Program-made: the position numbers and the translations under genes
Notes under the pieces: generated by a model
Told to the model about the DNA's origin: nothing
Databases searched by the model: none
Seen by the model: only the letters and a program-made list of their open reading frames with translations
NCBI GenBank assembly: GCA_963808715.1
Contig: CAWEHG010000014.1
Location: forward strand, 9,844-73,843
Direction: 5' to 3'
DNA: 64,000 nucleotides
From: Ignavibacteriota bacterium
GTDB lineage: Bacteria > Bacteroidota > Ignavibacteria > UBA10030 > UBA6906
Shown: one piece after another, positions 1 through 10,028 of the stretch
Position numbering within the stretch: the stretch's first letter is position 1
Layout: every line of letters starts with the position of its first letter

Positions 1-22
1 GTCCGGACAGCGTAGTCCCCGT

Positions 23-286
23 TTGCCGCTCGTATTCCGTGCCTGCCGGATGGCATACTTCTTGGACCCATTCCTGCAGGCCACCAAGGAAGGAAACCTG
101 CTGATGGATAGGCACTGCGGTCACTGCGAGAAGACGCTGGAAAACGACTCCCTCTCCCGGTTCTATTTCGAGGACGACTCGTGGTTGTGCGTCGACTGTT
201 TTGGATCCGGGACGAGTCAGCCGACACATGGCGATACGCGCGTTTCTGACGCAACGACCGTCCCCCGACCGGCACGTAGAGCCTGA
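23..286 (+). CDS. hypothetical small Cys-rich (zinc-ribbon-like) protein
   Basis: Track ORF 23-286 with a non-ATG start; the first ATG is at 50. Two Cys pairs (CGHC ... CVDC) about 20 aa apart. No family recognised. Confidence 0.25.
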   Translation: MPLVFRACRMAYFLDPFLQATKEGNLLMDRHCGHCEKTLENDSLSRFYFEDDSWLCVDCFGSGTSQPTHGDTRVSDATTVPRPARRA

Positions 287-295
287 GGGGCCCGG

Positions 296-838
296 TTGTC
301 GACCGCTTCAGATGTGCATGTCGCAACCACGGAGGAGGATCTTATGATGGCCATCGCCGAGGTCATCAACTACCTGAGTTCAAATGCCATGCCATTCCGG
401 GTGCTCACCCACGCTCCCGTCTATTCCGCGGCCGACCTCGCCCGAGTACACCACGTCGGCGAACGCAACGTCATCAAGACGGAACTTTACAAGGCGGATC
501 GTCGCCTGGCAATGGCGATCGTCCCTGCTGACCGCACAGTAGACCTCGCCGCGCTCTTCGCCGTTCTGCATACCAGGGAGATCGCCAAAGTGGACGCCTG
601 GGAGCAGGAACGCCTGTTCAACGGCTGCGACGTCGGAACAGTCCCTCCCCTCGGCAACCTGTACGGCATTCTTGTCGTGGCAGACGCCTCGTTCGAGCAA
701 TGCGGCACTGTCGTGTTCCGCCTCTGCTCCTATTCGACCTCCCTTTCCATGGACTGGCGGGACTACAAACATCTTGTGGGTCCGCAGGTCGCGGAGATCG
801 CCCGGCCCGTCGAGGTCTTCGAACCTGAAACTCACTGA
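296..838 (+). CDS. YbaK/ProX-type aminoacyl-tRNA deacylase domain protein
   Basis: Track ORF. An alternative ATG at 344 gives about 164 aa, a typical size. FRVLTHAPVYSAADLA, VIKTELYK and VPPLGNLYG resemble YbaK/EbsC trans-editing domains. Confidence 0.7.
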   Translation: MSTASDVHVATTEEDLMMAIAEVINYLSSNAMPFRVLTHAPVYSAADLARVHHVGERNVIKTELYKADRRLAMAIVPADRTVDLAALFAVLHTREIAKVDAWEQERLFNGCDVGTVPPLGNLYGILVVADASFEQCGTVVFRLCSYSTSLSMDWRDYKHLVGPQVAEIARPVEVFEPETH

Positions 839-842
839 AGGC

Positions 843-1037
843 ATGATCACCATGGGACTCCATCAATTCGAATGCCGGAGCTGCGGCAGGATCTTCTGGA
901 AATATGTCGCCGATCAGGATGATCGGTCGAGGTCCATCCCTTCCTGCAAAGCATGCGGCAGTGTGAACCTTGAGCGGCTCTTTCCCCGAACCCCCGTTCC
1001 CGACCAGCGCGTGGAACGGAGAGTCGAGCATCGCTGA
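843..1037 (+). CDS. FmdB-family zinc-ribbon regulatory protein
   Basis: In-frame ATG at 843 inside track ORF 672-1037. MGLHQFECRSCG ... SCKACGS gives two CxxC pairs and an FmdB-like N-terminus. Confidence 0.6.
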   Translation: MITMGLHQFECRSCGRIFWKYVADQDDRSRSIPSCKACGSVNLERLFPRTPVPDQRVERRVEHR

Positions 1038-1094
1038 CCACATCCCCCCCAGCGGGACCCGGACTGCTTCGACGGCAAGGATCCCTGCGTACGC

Positions 1095-1310
1095 TCGATA
1101 GATGTTCCTCACCGAAAAGGACCTGAAGCGCCAGCTCGGTCTGATCGATATCGAAGACAACGCAGACAGAGAGCAGCTTCAGAGCAACGGTGCACTTCAG
1201 GCGGGTGTCTTCGACCTTGTAGACGACCCCCAGCCCCTTCGCCGAGGTTCTCAGGATCCCGTAGTGGGAAGGAGTCTGGCCGAGCACGTGGAAGACCCCC
1301 GGAGGTGGAA
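1095..1310 (-). pseudogene. truncated relic of a Ser/Thr protein kinase N-terminus
   Basis: The minus frame of track ORF 847-1677 reads SHYGILRTSAKGLGVVYKVEDTRLKCTVALKLLS. The kinase at 5302-7669 reads [34 protein letters not shown]. The Gly-rich loop is degraded, and only about 70 codons remain before the plus-strand genes at 296-1037. Confidence 0.5.
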
Positions 1311-1370
1311 GATTGCTGAGGCAACCCGAAGCGACAGTACGGCGAAATGATACGGAAGGGAGTTGGAGAA

Positions 1371-2255
1371 TCAAACCGGCCTGCTCTTCCCGCCACGTCT
1401 TCGCAGAAGAGCTCTCTGGGCGGTCCACGCCAATGTGGAGATGATCGCCGAGGCGAAGAGACAATAGAACGAGCCGAACATGATCCCGATCCCTGACGTA
1501 GAATGCATCCTCCCCCTCGAATAGAGGAGTTCGTACATCCCCGTGTGACCATCTAGAACAATGGCCGTCAGGATGCCTGTGCCGATCAGCGATGTCGACC
1601 AGAGCAGACCTGTGCTGAGAGGCTCGCGGGGAAGATACAGAAATGCCGCCAGGCCGAGGAACCCCGGCACGGTCCAAGCCGTGATCAGGGGAAGCGAGAG
1701 GGCGGCCTGCAAAACCGCCCCGTCAAGGTCGGTATCTCCCCCGGTGACATAATGGTTTACAAGTTGTCCGATGAAGAAGGCAACGGTGGGCGACACAAGG
1801 CCGAGGAGGACCGGGATCAGCGCCGCGAGATGGCGGGTGGACATCCCCTTGATCATGCCCCATTGGATCGCACAGAGAACGATGGCCAGAGCAGAGCCGG
1901 ACGCCGATGGCAGGGCGGGGAGCAGGGCGAGGTTCTTGTGAGTATCGACTCCTCTGGCCTTCAACGCGTCATAGATCTGCCTGAGGGTGATGTCGCTGGG
2001 GATCGACACCCGCGAGGCGTTGCCGATGGTCGAATCGGTTGCCCCTGCCGATAGCTTCGCGATGAAGTTGGCCCGCCAGGTTTCAAATGAAGTGGATATC
2101 GCCTCCTGCTCCCCTTGCACATGCGGCGGGACCCGATACTCCGTGTATTTCCTGACAGCGGTCACGCCGCACACCAGGGCCACGGATGCGAAAAAGAGGA
2201 AGGTGGAGTATTTGATGGCGCGCGGGGTTCCGATGCCGGCTATCAGCCTGCCCAT
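1371..2255 (-). CDS. hypothetical polytopic membrane protein
   Basis: Intact 294-aa ORF with several long hydrophobic segments. No family recognised. Confidence 0.5.
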   Translation of the reverse strand: MGRLIAGIGTPRAIKYSTFLFFASVALVCGVTAVRKYTEYRVPPHVQGEQEAISTSFETWRANFIAKLSAGATDSTIGNASRVSIPSDITLRQIYDALKARGVDTHKNLALLPALPSASGSALAIVLCAIQWGMIKGMSTRHLAALIPVLLGLVSPTVAFFIGQLVNHYVTGGDTDLDGAVLQAALSLPLITAWTVPGFLGLAAFLYLPREPLSTGLLWSTSLIGTGILTAIVLDGHTGMYELLYSRGRMHSTSGIGIMFGSFYCLFASAIISTLAWTAQRALLRRRGGKSRPV

Positions 2256-2303
2256 GCGAGTATCCGCCGTTTCAGCGGATGATACGACGGGGATCAGGGA
2301 ATG

Positions 2304-2864
2304 TCAACCTCTCAAGCGCTGCCTGTAGGACCAGTTGAGCAGAAACAGCGCACCGGTCAGCACCAGGGGCCCGGCCATCAACAGCAACGTGGATGGAGTG
2401 GCAAAGGGCCTGCCCCAGACCGAGACCACGTACAGCACGCCCAGCAGCGGGAACAGCGCTCCCGCGATCCACTCCCTTCGCCAGGAGACCGCCAGCAGCA
2501 CAAGCAGAAGGAACGTGGGGATCAGGTGCATGAACAGGGCGAGCATGGTTTGCCAGATCCCCCGCCCTTCCTCAAACACATCCATCGCAAACATGCTGAT
2601 GAACAGTGCGAACACGATACACAGCGCCCTCGGCGACCAGTACAACAGTTGCATGCCGGGGCTTCTCTGCCCGGATCGAGCAAGGCTGTAGATGATCCCC
2701 AGGGCAACGGCGAACAGGCCGGCAAGCATCAACACGATGCCTGGTGGGTTGTCGCTGATCCCGACAACGTAGGACAACACGAGCATCATACAGCCGGCGA
2801 AAAAGAGGATCATGCCCGACTTGCGGTAGTTTCGGCCTTCCGGGATTGCGGTATCTGGCTCCAT
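2304..2864 (-). CDS. hypothetical membrane protein
   Basis: ATG at 2864 preceded by GGAGAG (7 nt spacing). About 5 hydrophobic helices. No family recognised. Confidence 0.5.
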   Translation of the reverse strand: MEPDTAIPEGRNYRKSGMILFFAGCMMLVLSYVVGISDNPPGIVLMLAGLFAVALGIIYSLARSGQRSPGMQLLYWSPRALCIVFALFISMFAMDVFEEGRGIWQTMLALFMHLIPTFLLLVLLAVSWRREWIAGALFPLLGVLYVVSVWGRPFATPSTLLLMAGPLVLTGALFLLNWSYRQRLRG

Positions 2865-3030
2865 TGTCGATCTCTCCTCTGTTGGTGCGGAGCGCAATGG
2901 CAGGGAGCCCGCGCAGCCGGGGAACTATCGACGTGCTGCAACCCTCCGGACCGCCCTGTCTGCGTCCAAGATACGGGATGGGGAGGCCCCGGGCATAGCA
3001 GGAATCTCCCGGAATCCTATGAAGATCCTC

Positions 3031-5268
3031 TCACCTGGCTGGCGGAGAGGCGGGGGGTGTTGGGCCGGGGGAGGGTGCGGCGGGCTTTTTCCTCGCCTGG
3101 CTGGGCACGATGCCGAACTGCTCGTGGAAGCATTTCGTCAGGTAGGCGGGACTGCCAAATCCCACGGTGTAGGCGATCTCGGAGATCGTCCCGGCGTCAC
3201 GTTCGAGGAGCTCCTTTGCCCGCTGCAGGCGCACCGATCGTATCAGCTGGTTCGGGGTCTGATTGAGGAGCGCCGTCAGCTTCCGGTGAAGATGGCTGTA
3301 GCTCATCGCGACATCCTCCGCCAGATCCTCGACGCCGAAGGATTCGTTCCCCATGGACCGTTCGATCGAAGCCATGACCTTCGTCAGGAAGGATTCGTCC
3401 ATGGAGGTGACGCCGAGTTCTGACGGCGTGAGCGGGAGGATGCGCGAGAAGTGGTCGCGGAGTTTTTTCCGGCTCTCGACGAGGTTCCGCGCGCGGGCGA
3501 CCAATTCCTCCCAGGAGAACGGCTTGCTGATGTAGTCGTCCGCGCCGATGTCGAATCCGGCCAGCTTTGCTTCCTGGGACGCCCTGGCGGTCAGAAGGAG
3601 AACCGGGACATGGCTCGTTCGTTCATCGTTCCTGAGACGGCGGCAGAGCTCGAAGCCGTCCATGACCGGCATGCTGACATCGCTGACCACGATGTCGGGT
3701 ATGACGTCACGGGCGATGGAAAGGCCGATCTCGCCGTCCGAGGCCTCATAGATCCGATACAACTTCTTGAGGTTGTCGCACAGATAACGCCGCAGGTCCG
3801 GATCGTCTTCCACGATCAACATCAGGGGGAGGGGAGGCGCAGACGGTTCGATCGCCGCCGGCGACTTCGATCGACCCTGGAACGCTTCGGGTAGGCTGTC
3901 GGGATTCGACCGGTGATCCGGCGGCTGCACATCCACGAGCTCTTCCGAAGCGAACGCTTGCGGGTCGACAGGAACCTTGACCGTGAACGTCGAGCCCTGG
4001 CGCTCCGAGCTTGCAACGGTGATCGTGCCGTGGTGAAGATGCACGAGTCCCCTGCTAAGCGCCAGCCCCAGTCCCGAGCCGGCGTGGCGGTCCGCGTCAG
4101 TCACCTGGTAGTAGCGGTCGAACAGGTGGTCCAGCCTGTCGGCGGGTATTCCCCGACCGTTGTCGGCAACAGTGATCGACACCCATCGTGCCCCTCCCGG
4201 CCCGGGATCGGTGAGGGTCACCTCCACGGCCACCGTCCCCTTCGGGGGGGTGAATTTGAGCGCATTCGAGACCAGATTGTAGATCACGGTCTCGATCTTC
4301 TCCCGGTCAAAATACCCGCGGATCTCCGGTGTGGAGACGGTGAAGCGCAGGGAGATGCCGCTCTGGTCGGCGAGAGACCGGAAGGAATCCACGATGGGGC
4401 GGACCACCGCCACAAGATCCCCCTCGGCGACACGGAGCTTCATGCTTCGCGCTTCCAGGCGCGAGAGGTCGAGGACGTCATTGATCAGACGAAGGAGCCG
4501 GTGGGCATTGCGCCGGATACGCTGATAGGTTTGCTTCGGATCTTCCTTCTGACTGCCGGCCAGGAGTCGTTCGACAGGTCCGAGGATCAGGGTCAGGGGT
4601 GCCCGGAATTCATGTGAAATGTCCTCGAAGAACCGTGATTTGAGGTCGTCGAGCTCCCGCCATTTCTCTGATTCGAGACGTGCAAGCGCAAGCTCTTCCC
4701 TCTTCTGGCGCGTCTCTTCCTGAAGCTGCGCGTTGCTGATCAGTTGTCCGGCCTGCGCGCTCAGGATCATCAGGAACCGGAGATCGTCGTCGGTGAAAGA
4801 ACGCCCCAGCTTCTTGTTCACCATCATAAAGACGCCGACGAGGCGTCCCCGGTTGATGATCGGGGCACAGAGGACCGAGCGGATATCCGCACGGTCCTGC
4901 TCGGTGGTCTCGAAACGGCCGTCTGCGGCAAGGTCCTGGACGAGCAGAGGCTCCCGCGTATACAGCACAGAACCGACGATATGCGTTCCGACGTGGTAGC
5001 TTTGACGGAGCGAGCTCAGGTTATCCTGCCGGATGAACGTCTTCAGGGAGGTGCCGGCGTCGTCCGTGACCAGAACGATCGAGCCCTGCTCGGCGTTGAC
5101 CACCTTCAGCGATCGGTCAATGATGGTCTTGAGGATCTCCTCCAGAGAGCCCGCGCCGCTCGATTCCATGGCGATCTCGTTGAGCAGCTTCAGCTCTTCG
5201 ACCACCGTGCGGAGCCGATGGATCTCTTCCTGGGGATCGTGTGGTGTACGCGGGGAAGGTGTCTTCAC
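3031..5268 (-). CDS. hybrid sensor histidine kinase / response regulator with AraC-type HTH (GAF-HisKA-HATPase-REC-HTH)
   Basis: Intact 745 aa. H-box SHEFRAPLT; ATPase block GSGLGLA; REC LMLIVEDDPDLR...DVSMPVMDG; C-terminal AraC HTH GFGSPAYLTKCFHEQFG. Confidence 0.85.
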   Translation of the reverse strand: MKTPSPRTPHDPQEEIHRLRTVVEELKLLNEIAMESSGAGSLEEILKTIIDRSLKVVNAEQGSIVLVTDDAGTSLKTFIRQDNLSSLRQSYHVGTHIVGSVLYTREPLLVQDLAADGRFETTEQDRADIRSVLCAPIINRGRLVGVFMMVNKKLGRSFTDDDLRFLMILSAQAGQLISNAQLQEETRQKREELALARLESEKWRELDDLKSRFFEDISHEFRAPLTLILGPVERLLAGSQKEDPKQTYQRIRRNAHRLLRLINDVLDLSRLEARSMKLRVAEGDLVAVVRPIVDSFRSLADQSGISLRFTVSTPEIRGYFDREKIETVIYNLVSNALKFTPPKGTVAVEVTLTDPGPGGARWVSITVADNGRGIPADRLDHLFDRYYQVTDADRHAGSGLGLALSRGLVHLHHGTITVASSERQGSTFTVKVPVDPQAFASEELVDVQPPDHRSNPDSLPEAFQGRSKSPAAIEPSAPPLPLMLIVEDDPDLRRYLCDNLKKLYRIYEASDGEIGLSIARDVIPDIVVSDVSMPVMDGFELCRRLRNDERTSHVPVLLLTARASQEAKLAGFDIGADDYISKPFSWEELVARARNLVESRKKLRDHFSRILPLTPSELGVTSMDESFLTKVMASIERSMGNESFGVEDLAEDVAMSYSHLHRKLTALLNQTPNQLIRSVRLQRAKELLERDAGTISEIAYTVGFGSPAYLTKCFHEQFGIVPSQARKKPAAPSPGPTPPASPPAR

Positions 5269-5301
5269 GTCATGCCCCCGGGACTGGCCTGTTGCGCCCG
5301 A

Positions 5302-7669
5302 TCATGGCCGACCGGCCAGGCCGATCTGCCTTACAACGGCCGTGAATCGTGGGTCGTTCCGGAGGTTCTCCAGATTCGGATCGACCTGGAGAAACATCAG
5401 GTTCGTGGAACGATCGGCGTACGCCTGTTGAAGCCACCGAAACGCGTCGTCGGTGCGTTTCACCCGGGCGCACGCCGACGCCACGTGGAACGCGGGAACA
5501 TATCGTGTGCGCGCAAGGGTCTCGAGCTGCCTGAGCTGTTCAAGCCAGTATCCCTGCCATCCCGACGATCTGTAAGCTGAACGGAGCCGCCCCACGGGAT
5601 CGACGGTCCCCCCTCCGAGGGTGGCAAAACTCCCCCCGGTCGCGCCCGCGACACGGAGGTATTCCGCCAGGGCCTCCTCGTTCCGGCCCTGCATCTCGTA
5701 GATCTCGCCCAGCCCCGAATGTGCGGCCGCGGAGAGCGAGTCGAGTTCGAGCGCCCTGCGGAACTAGCGCGATCGCTCTGTCATACCTCCGCGCATGGAT
5801 CTCGATCCACCCGGCGGAGGCCAGGACGACCGACGAGAGCGGGTCGAGTTCATGGGCCCGGCGGATCTCGCCGGCGGCGGAATCATGACGGCCGAGGGCG
5901 GAGAGCAGGAGGCCATACCAGTGATGCCCGGTCGCGTAGCTCGGGTTCAGGGAAAGGCCCTCCTGGAGTTGCCGTTCGGTTCCGGGCCAGTCCCAGTCGT
6001 ACACCAGGCGTGTAGCGGCCATCGAGACGTGGCCGTCGGCCATGGAGGGATCCAGCTCCACCGCTTTCTGCGCCGCAGGCCTCCAGTAGGGCCGGACGGA
6101 ATCGAATGGGACCGTGCCGTTGTACCAGAAGGTGGCATAGACATCGGCGATCCCGGCGTAGGCGGGTGCATAGGATGGATCGGCCCGAATCTGCGCTGCG
6201 AAAATAGTCGAGGCTCTTCTGAAACCCCTGCGGGGTCCAGGTGTTCCAGTAGAATCTTCCATAGACGCAAGCCTGATACGCCTCGGTGTTCACCGTCGAG
6301 CTACGCTCCAGGCGCACGCGTTCGTCGGGCGTAACGACGGTGTTGATCTGGCGGACGATCGCGCGCGCCACGTTGCTCTGCAGCGTATTGATGTCTTCGA
6401 GGTCCTCCCGGTAGTTCTCTCCCCAGAGCTGTTGTTCCGGATCGACGGTGATCAGGTTCACGGAGACCCGGACCGTCCGGCCTGCAAGCTGGGTGGAACC
6501 GTCGATCAGCGCATCGACGTTCAGCTCGCGGGCGATCTCGCTCAGAGATTTTGTCGAGTTCCGGAAACGCATCGCCGAGCGGGACGAACGGACCGCCAGC
6601 GCCCTGATCTTGGAAAGCTCCGTGCTCAGCGCCTCGGTCATCCCTTCCGCGAAGACCGTATCGTCGAGACGGGCGGAGGTGGTCCGGAAGGGGAGCACGG
6701 CAAGGGAGCGGATGGACGGACGACCTCCGGGTTTGCCGGTGAGCAGGAGGATGACGGCGACAACGCCGCACAGTGTTGCTGCGCCGACCATGTACAACGG
6801 CCAGCGTGCACGGCGCCCTGCCGGGGCGCGAGCCTGCTTGGAACTCGGGGGAGAATGCCGTTCGGTGGGCGATCGGAGGTCCGCGATCAGCTCCTCGAGG
6901 CGCTGGTATCGGGCTGTGGCGTCTTTCGCAAGCGCCCGCGTGATCACGTCGGAAACGCCACCAGGAACTTCCGGCCGGAGGTTGCTGACCGGTTCCGGTT
7001 CCACCTGCAGAATGGCGAAGAGGGTTGCGGCATCGTACTCGCCCTGGAACGGTCGCCGGCCTGACAGCATCTCGTAGAACACCACACCGAGGGCCCAGAT
7101 GTCGGATCGGCGATCCACCTGCTGACCGCGGAGCTGCTCCGGCGACATGTAGGAGAGGGTCCCCAGCGTGGTCCCGGCCCTCGTCAGCGTTGACCGGTCA
7201 CCCAGTTTCGCCAGGCCGAAATCCACGATCTTGGCGATCCCGTCGGTGGTGATGATGATGTTCGAAGGCTTGATATCGCGGTGAACGATCCCCCGTTCGT
7301 GGGCTTTGGCGAGGCCTCTGGCGACCTGGAGGGCGATGTCGACGGCCTCCTCGACCTTGAGGGGGCCTCGTGCGATCTTCTCCTGGAGCATCTCGCCGTC
7401 ATAGCAGGCCATGACGAGGAACGTCCGGCCGTCGTCGGTCGACCCGATGTCATAGACCGTACAGATGTTCTGATGGTCCAGTGACGAGGCGGCCTGCGCC
7501 TCCTGCACGAAGCGCTCCTTTGCCTCGGTATCGCTCGTCAGCCCCGGAGGGAGGAATTTCAGTGCGACAGTGCGATGGAGGCGGGTATCTTCGGCCTTGT
7601 AGACCACCCCCATGCCCCCTTCCCCAGCTTCTCGAGGATCGTATAGTGCGATATGGTCTGGCCGATCAT
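5302..7669 (-). CDS. Ser/Thr protein kinase with TM segment, periplasmic domain and C-terminal TPR repeats (frame-disrupted in this assembly, >=3 shifts)
   Basis: ATG at 7669 ([18 protein letters not shown]), then track ORFs 5883-7613 (HRDIKPSN, DFGLA, SPEQ), 5540-6262 and 5302-5694 (TPR-like). Breaks at the C5 run 7615-7619, about 6203 and about 5757. Confidence 0.85.
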
Positions 7670-7776
7670 GGGGGTATCGAGCGAGCGTGGCCCCTGGAGG
7701 GATCAGGGTTGGACAACTGGGGGTAAGATAGGCGGGCGAAGGGCGAGAGTCAACTGAAGAGCGGAGCCGTTCGGCA

Positions 7777-7804
7777 CATGCCGTTCGGCAAGCCGAACGG
7801 CATG
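7777..7804 (-). terminator. perfect 13-bp inverted repeat (CATGCCGTTCGGC-AA-GCCGAACGGCATG), possible terminator or operator
   Basis: Read directly. It lies 40 nt downstream of the stop at 7845 and upstream of the kinase start at 7669. There is no T-tract, so terminator function is uncertain. Confidence 0.25.
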
Positions 7805-7844
7805 CCGACCGGCGCCCGATAGAACGCGCTCAACGGGACAACCG

Positions 7845-8141
7845 TCAGTTCATGGACACCCTGTTGAACGCCATCACGACGGTGTTGTGGAACATCAGGG
7901 GATGGATCGTCGGCTCGAAATACCTGAACATCGGAAAGGCCGAAAGGATCCCGGTCGCATCCTGCTCGTCCCGCGCGTTGAGGACGATCCAGAGTCTGGA
8001 ACGGTCGATCGAAAGAGAATATCCCATCACCACCCCCTGTTCCAGCAGCTTGTCGATGTGCGCACGCTGGTGAGGAACCAGGGCGAAGAATTCCTCGTCC
8101 GGGTCGGCAGGAAGCGAAATGTCGATCATATACTGGGTCAT
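7845..8141 (-). CDS. muconolactone delta-isomerase-like small alpha+beta protein
   Basis: Intact 98 aa. The pattern LP.D..E...(L..G)...V.D..D......L...PMF.YF...IHPL..H resembles the MIase family from memory. Confidence 0.4.
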   Translation of the reverse strand: MTQYMIDISLPADPDEEFFALVPHQRAHIDKLLEQGVVMGYSLSIDRSRLWIVLNARDEQDATGILSAFPMFRYFEPTIHPLMFHNTVVMAFNRVSMN

Positions 8142-8254
8142 GGCTCTTTCTCGACTGAATGCAGCCTTCTATGGATCCTCTACATCTTAACTCCTGACAC
8201 CTCGCGGAAGTTCCCACTTCCGATCGTAGCGACCCCGCCGAACTTCCGGCGATC

Positions 8255-9817
8255 TCATCCCCCCTCATCTGCCCTCTTCCGGACCAGCCGGATGTAGTAG
8301 GGAAGCCCGAAGTGCGGGCCGTCCGCGGCATGGGCGACGGCATATCCCTCCAGCGTATCCGCTCTCTGCCCGACATAGATCCAGGTCCAGTGATCGTGTC
8401 CTCTGGTATCCTGGATCGGAATGTGGAGGGGGAAATACGCAGAGAAGATGCCGTCACGATAATCACCCCGGAGAGACGGCATCGTTTCAGCCCAGCCCTC
8501 CCATGATCCGTCGGGGTTCTTCCTTCTCATGCGGGGAGCCGCTGCGCCCCCGAACGACATCTCCACCGGGAACTCGCATTCGGGAGTCACGATGGCCCCG
8601 TCCCACTCTCCCCGAAGCGATCCCCGGGAGAGGTCGCCTGGCCGGATCTTCCTCTGCACTCTCACGCGCGTCGGCAATCGTTGATCCGCTTCGAAGTCAT
8701 CAAGGACGGTCTCGGCGATCAGTCTGCAGATCTTCGGCGTATCAGCCTGCAACCGGTTGGCAAGCACCACGATCGCCAGATCGGCTTCGGGCGCCAGCGC
8801 CATGATCGTTCCTGAAGCGCCGGTGAATACCAGCGCAGCATATCCTTCGTGCTCCCAGACCCACCATGGAAGGCGGAAATCGCTGAGCGGATCGATGGAG
8901 GTCTGCATCAGATCGAGGGTCGAATCGCTCAGGATCCGTTGCTGATCTTGCAGGTGATCTTTCAGGTGGAACATCCCGAACCGGACGAGATCGTGGGCGC
9001 TCGCATAGAGCCCTTCATCATATGTCCACGGGGTTCCGGCCGGGTCGTATTGCCGGGCATACTCGTCGCTCGTTGCCGGCGCGGAGAGGTATCGCGTCCG
9101 CGTCAGGCCGAGGGGAAGAAAGACACTCTGGCTCAGGAAGTCAGCGTGCGACTGCGCCGCCACTCTTTCGATGACGTGGCTGAGCAGGCTGATGCCGAGA
9201 TTCGAATAGAGTTCTCTTTCACCGGGTCTGAAGGCAAGGATGCCGTAGCGGGCGATGACGTCAGTTCTGGTCAACGGCCGGCTGGTGTCGGCAGCAGATG
9301 GTGCGCCCCAGTACATCGGCAGCCCGGAGGTGTGCTGAACGATCCGTCTGAGTGTTACGCCGGATGCATCGAGGCCGAATGTCCTGATCTTGACGTCACC
9401 GGTATATCGCTCCACCGGAGCATCCAGATCGAGAAGCCCTCGTTCCTTGAGCACCATGAGGGCGGTCGTGGTGTACACCTTGGCGATCGACGCGAGCTCA
9501 TACATCGTTGACGTTGTGGCCCTGACCTTCTTCTCACGATCCGCCCATCCGAACGCCTCTTCCCACAGAATCCTGCCGTGTTGGGCAACTGCCACGGAAA
9601 CCGACGCGACGTTTTCGTCCTCCATGAAATCCAGGATCTCTGAGCGTACATCAGAGAACCGGTCTTCACCTCCTCTGTCGGATCTGCAGTCCGAGAGAAG
9701 AAGTGGAAAAGCGAGCGTCAGCAGGATGGCAAAGGTCGCGTCTATCAGGCTCTGATGGTGTGACCGGGGTTGGCCGTGGGGGAGAGGCGATCGGTGTGGA
9801 GATGGCGGTCGTTTCAT
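8255..9817 (-). CDS. beta-lactamase-related serine hydrolase
   Basis: Intact 520 aa. S-x-x-K (SIAK) and Y-x-N (YSN) motifs. Hydrophobic N-terminal leader. Confidence 0.75.
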   Translation of the reverse strand: MKRPPSPHRSPLPHGQPRSHHQSLIDATFAILLTLAFPLLLSDCRSDRGGEDRFSDVRSEILDFMEDENVASVSVAVAQHGRILWEEAFGWADREKKVRATTSTMYELASIAKVYTTTALMVLKERGLLDLDAPVERYTGDVKIRTFGLDASGVTLRRIVQHTSGLPMYWGAPSAADTSRPLTRTDVIARYGILAFRPGERELYSNLGISLLSHVIERVAAQSHADFLSQSVFLPLGLTRTRYLSAPATSDEYARQYDPAGTPWTYDEGLYASAHDLVRFGMFHLKDHLQDQQRILSDSTLDLMQTSIDPLSDFRLPWWVWEHEGYAALVFTGASGTIMALAPEADLAIVVLANRLQADTPKICRLIAETVLDDFEADQRLPTRVRVQRKIRPGDLSRGSLRGEWDGAIVTPECEFPVEMSFGGAAAPRMRRKNPDGSWEGWAETMPSLRGDYRDGIFSAYFPLHIPIQDTRGHDHWTWIYVGQRADTLEGYAVAHAADGPHFGLPYYIRLVRKRADEGG

Positions 9818-9934
9818 GGCACACCCCGAAGGACCTGGGAGGATGTCCCGTGTGGAGCACCACTATTTCAGAAGGAAAGATACGGGACCTGGAGATGAGG
9901 GTCAACTCCAGGAAAGGGCCGGATGGAGATGACA

Positions 9935-9970
9935 AAGCGGGCATCGTGCAGAACGATCCGATGCCCGCTT
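9935..9970 (-). terminator. stem-loop downstream of the cytochrome c gene
   Basis: AAGCGGGCATCG / CGATGCCCGCTT 12-bp stem with a 12-nt loop. On the minus strand it is followed by TTTGTCATC. Confidence 0.4.
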
Positions 9971-10028
9971 CGTCTGAGAATGTTGCTACCCGTCTCCCTC
10001 GTGGCAGGTGGGCTCAAGTGCCCACGGC

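Noticed and set aside
847-1677. 276-aa minus-strand ORF as a real gene.
   Set aside because: Only about 35 residues are kinase-like (the relic at 1095-1310). The rest overlaps the 3' end of the 1371-2255 gene and the opposite-strand FmdB gene, and has no protein-like composition.
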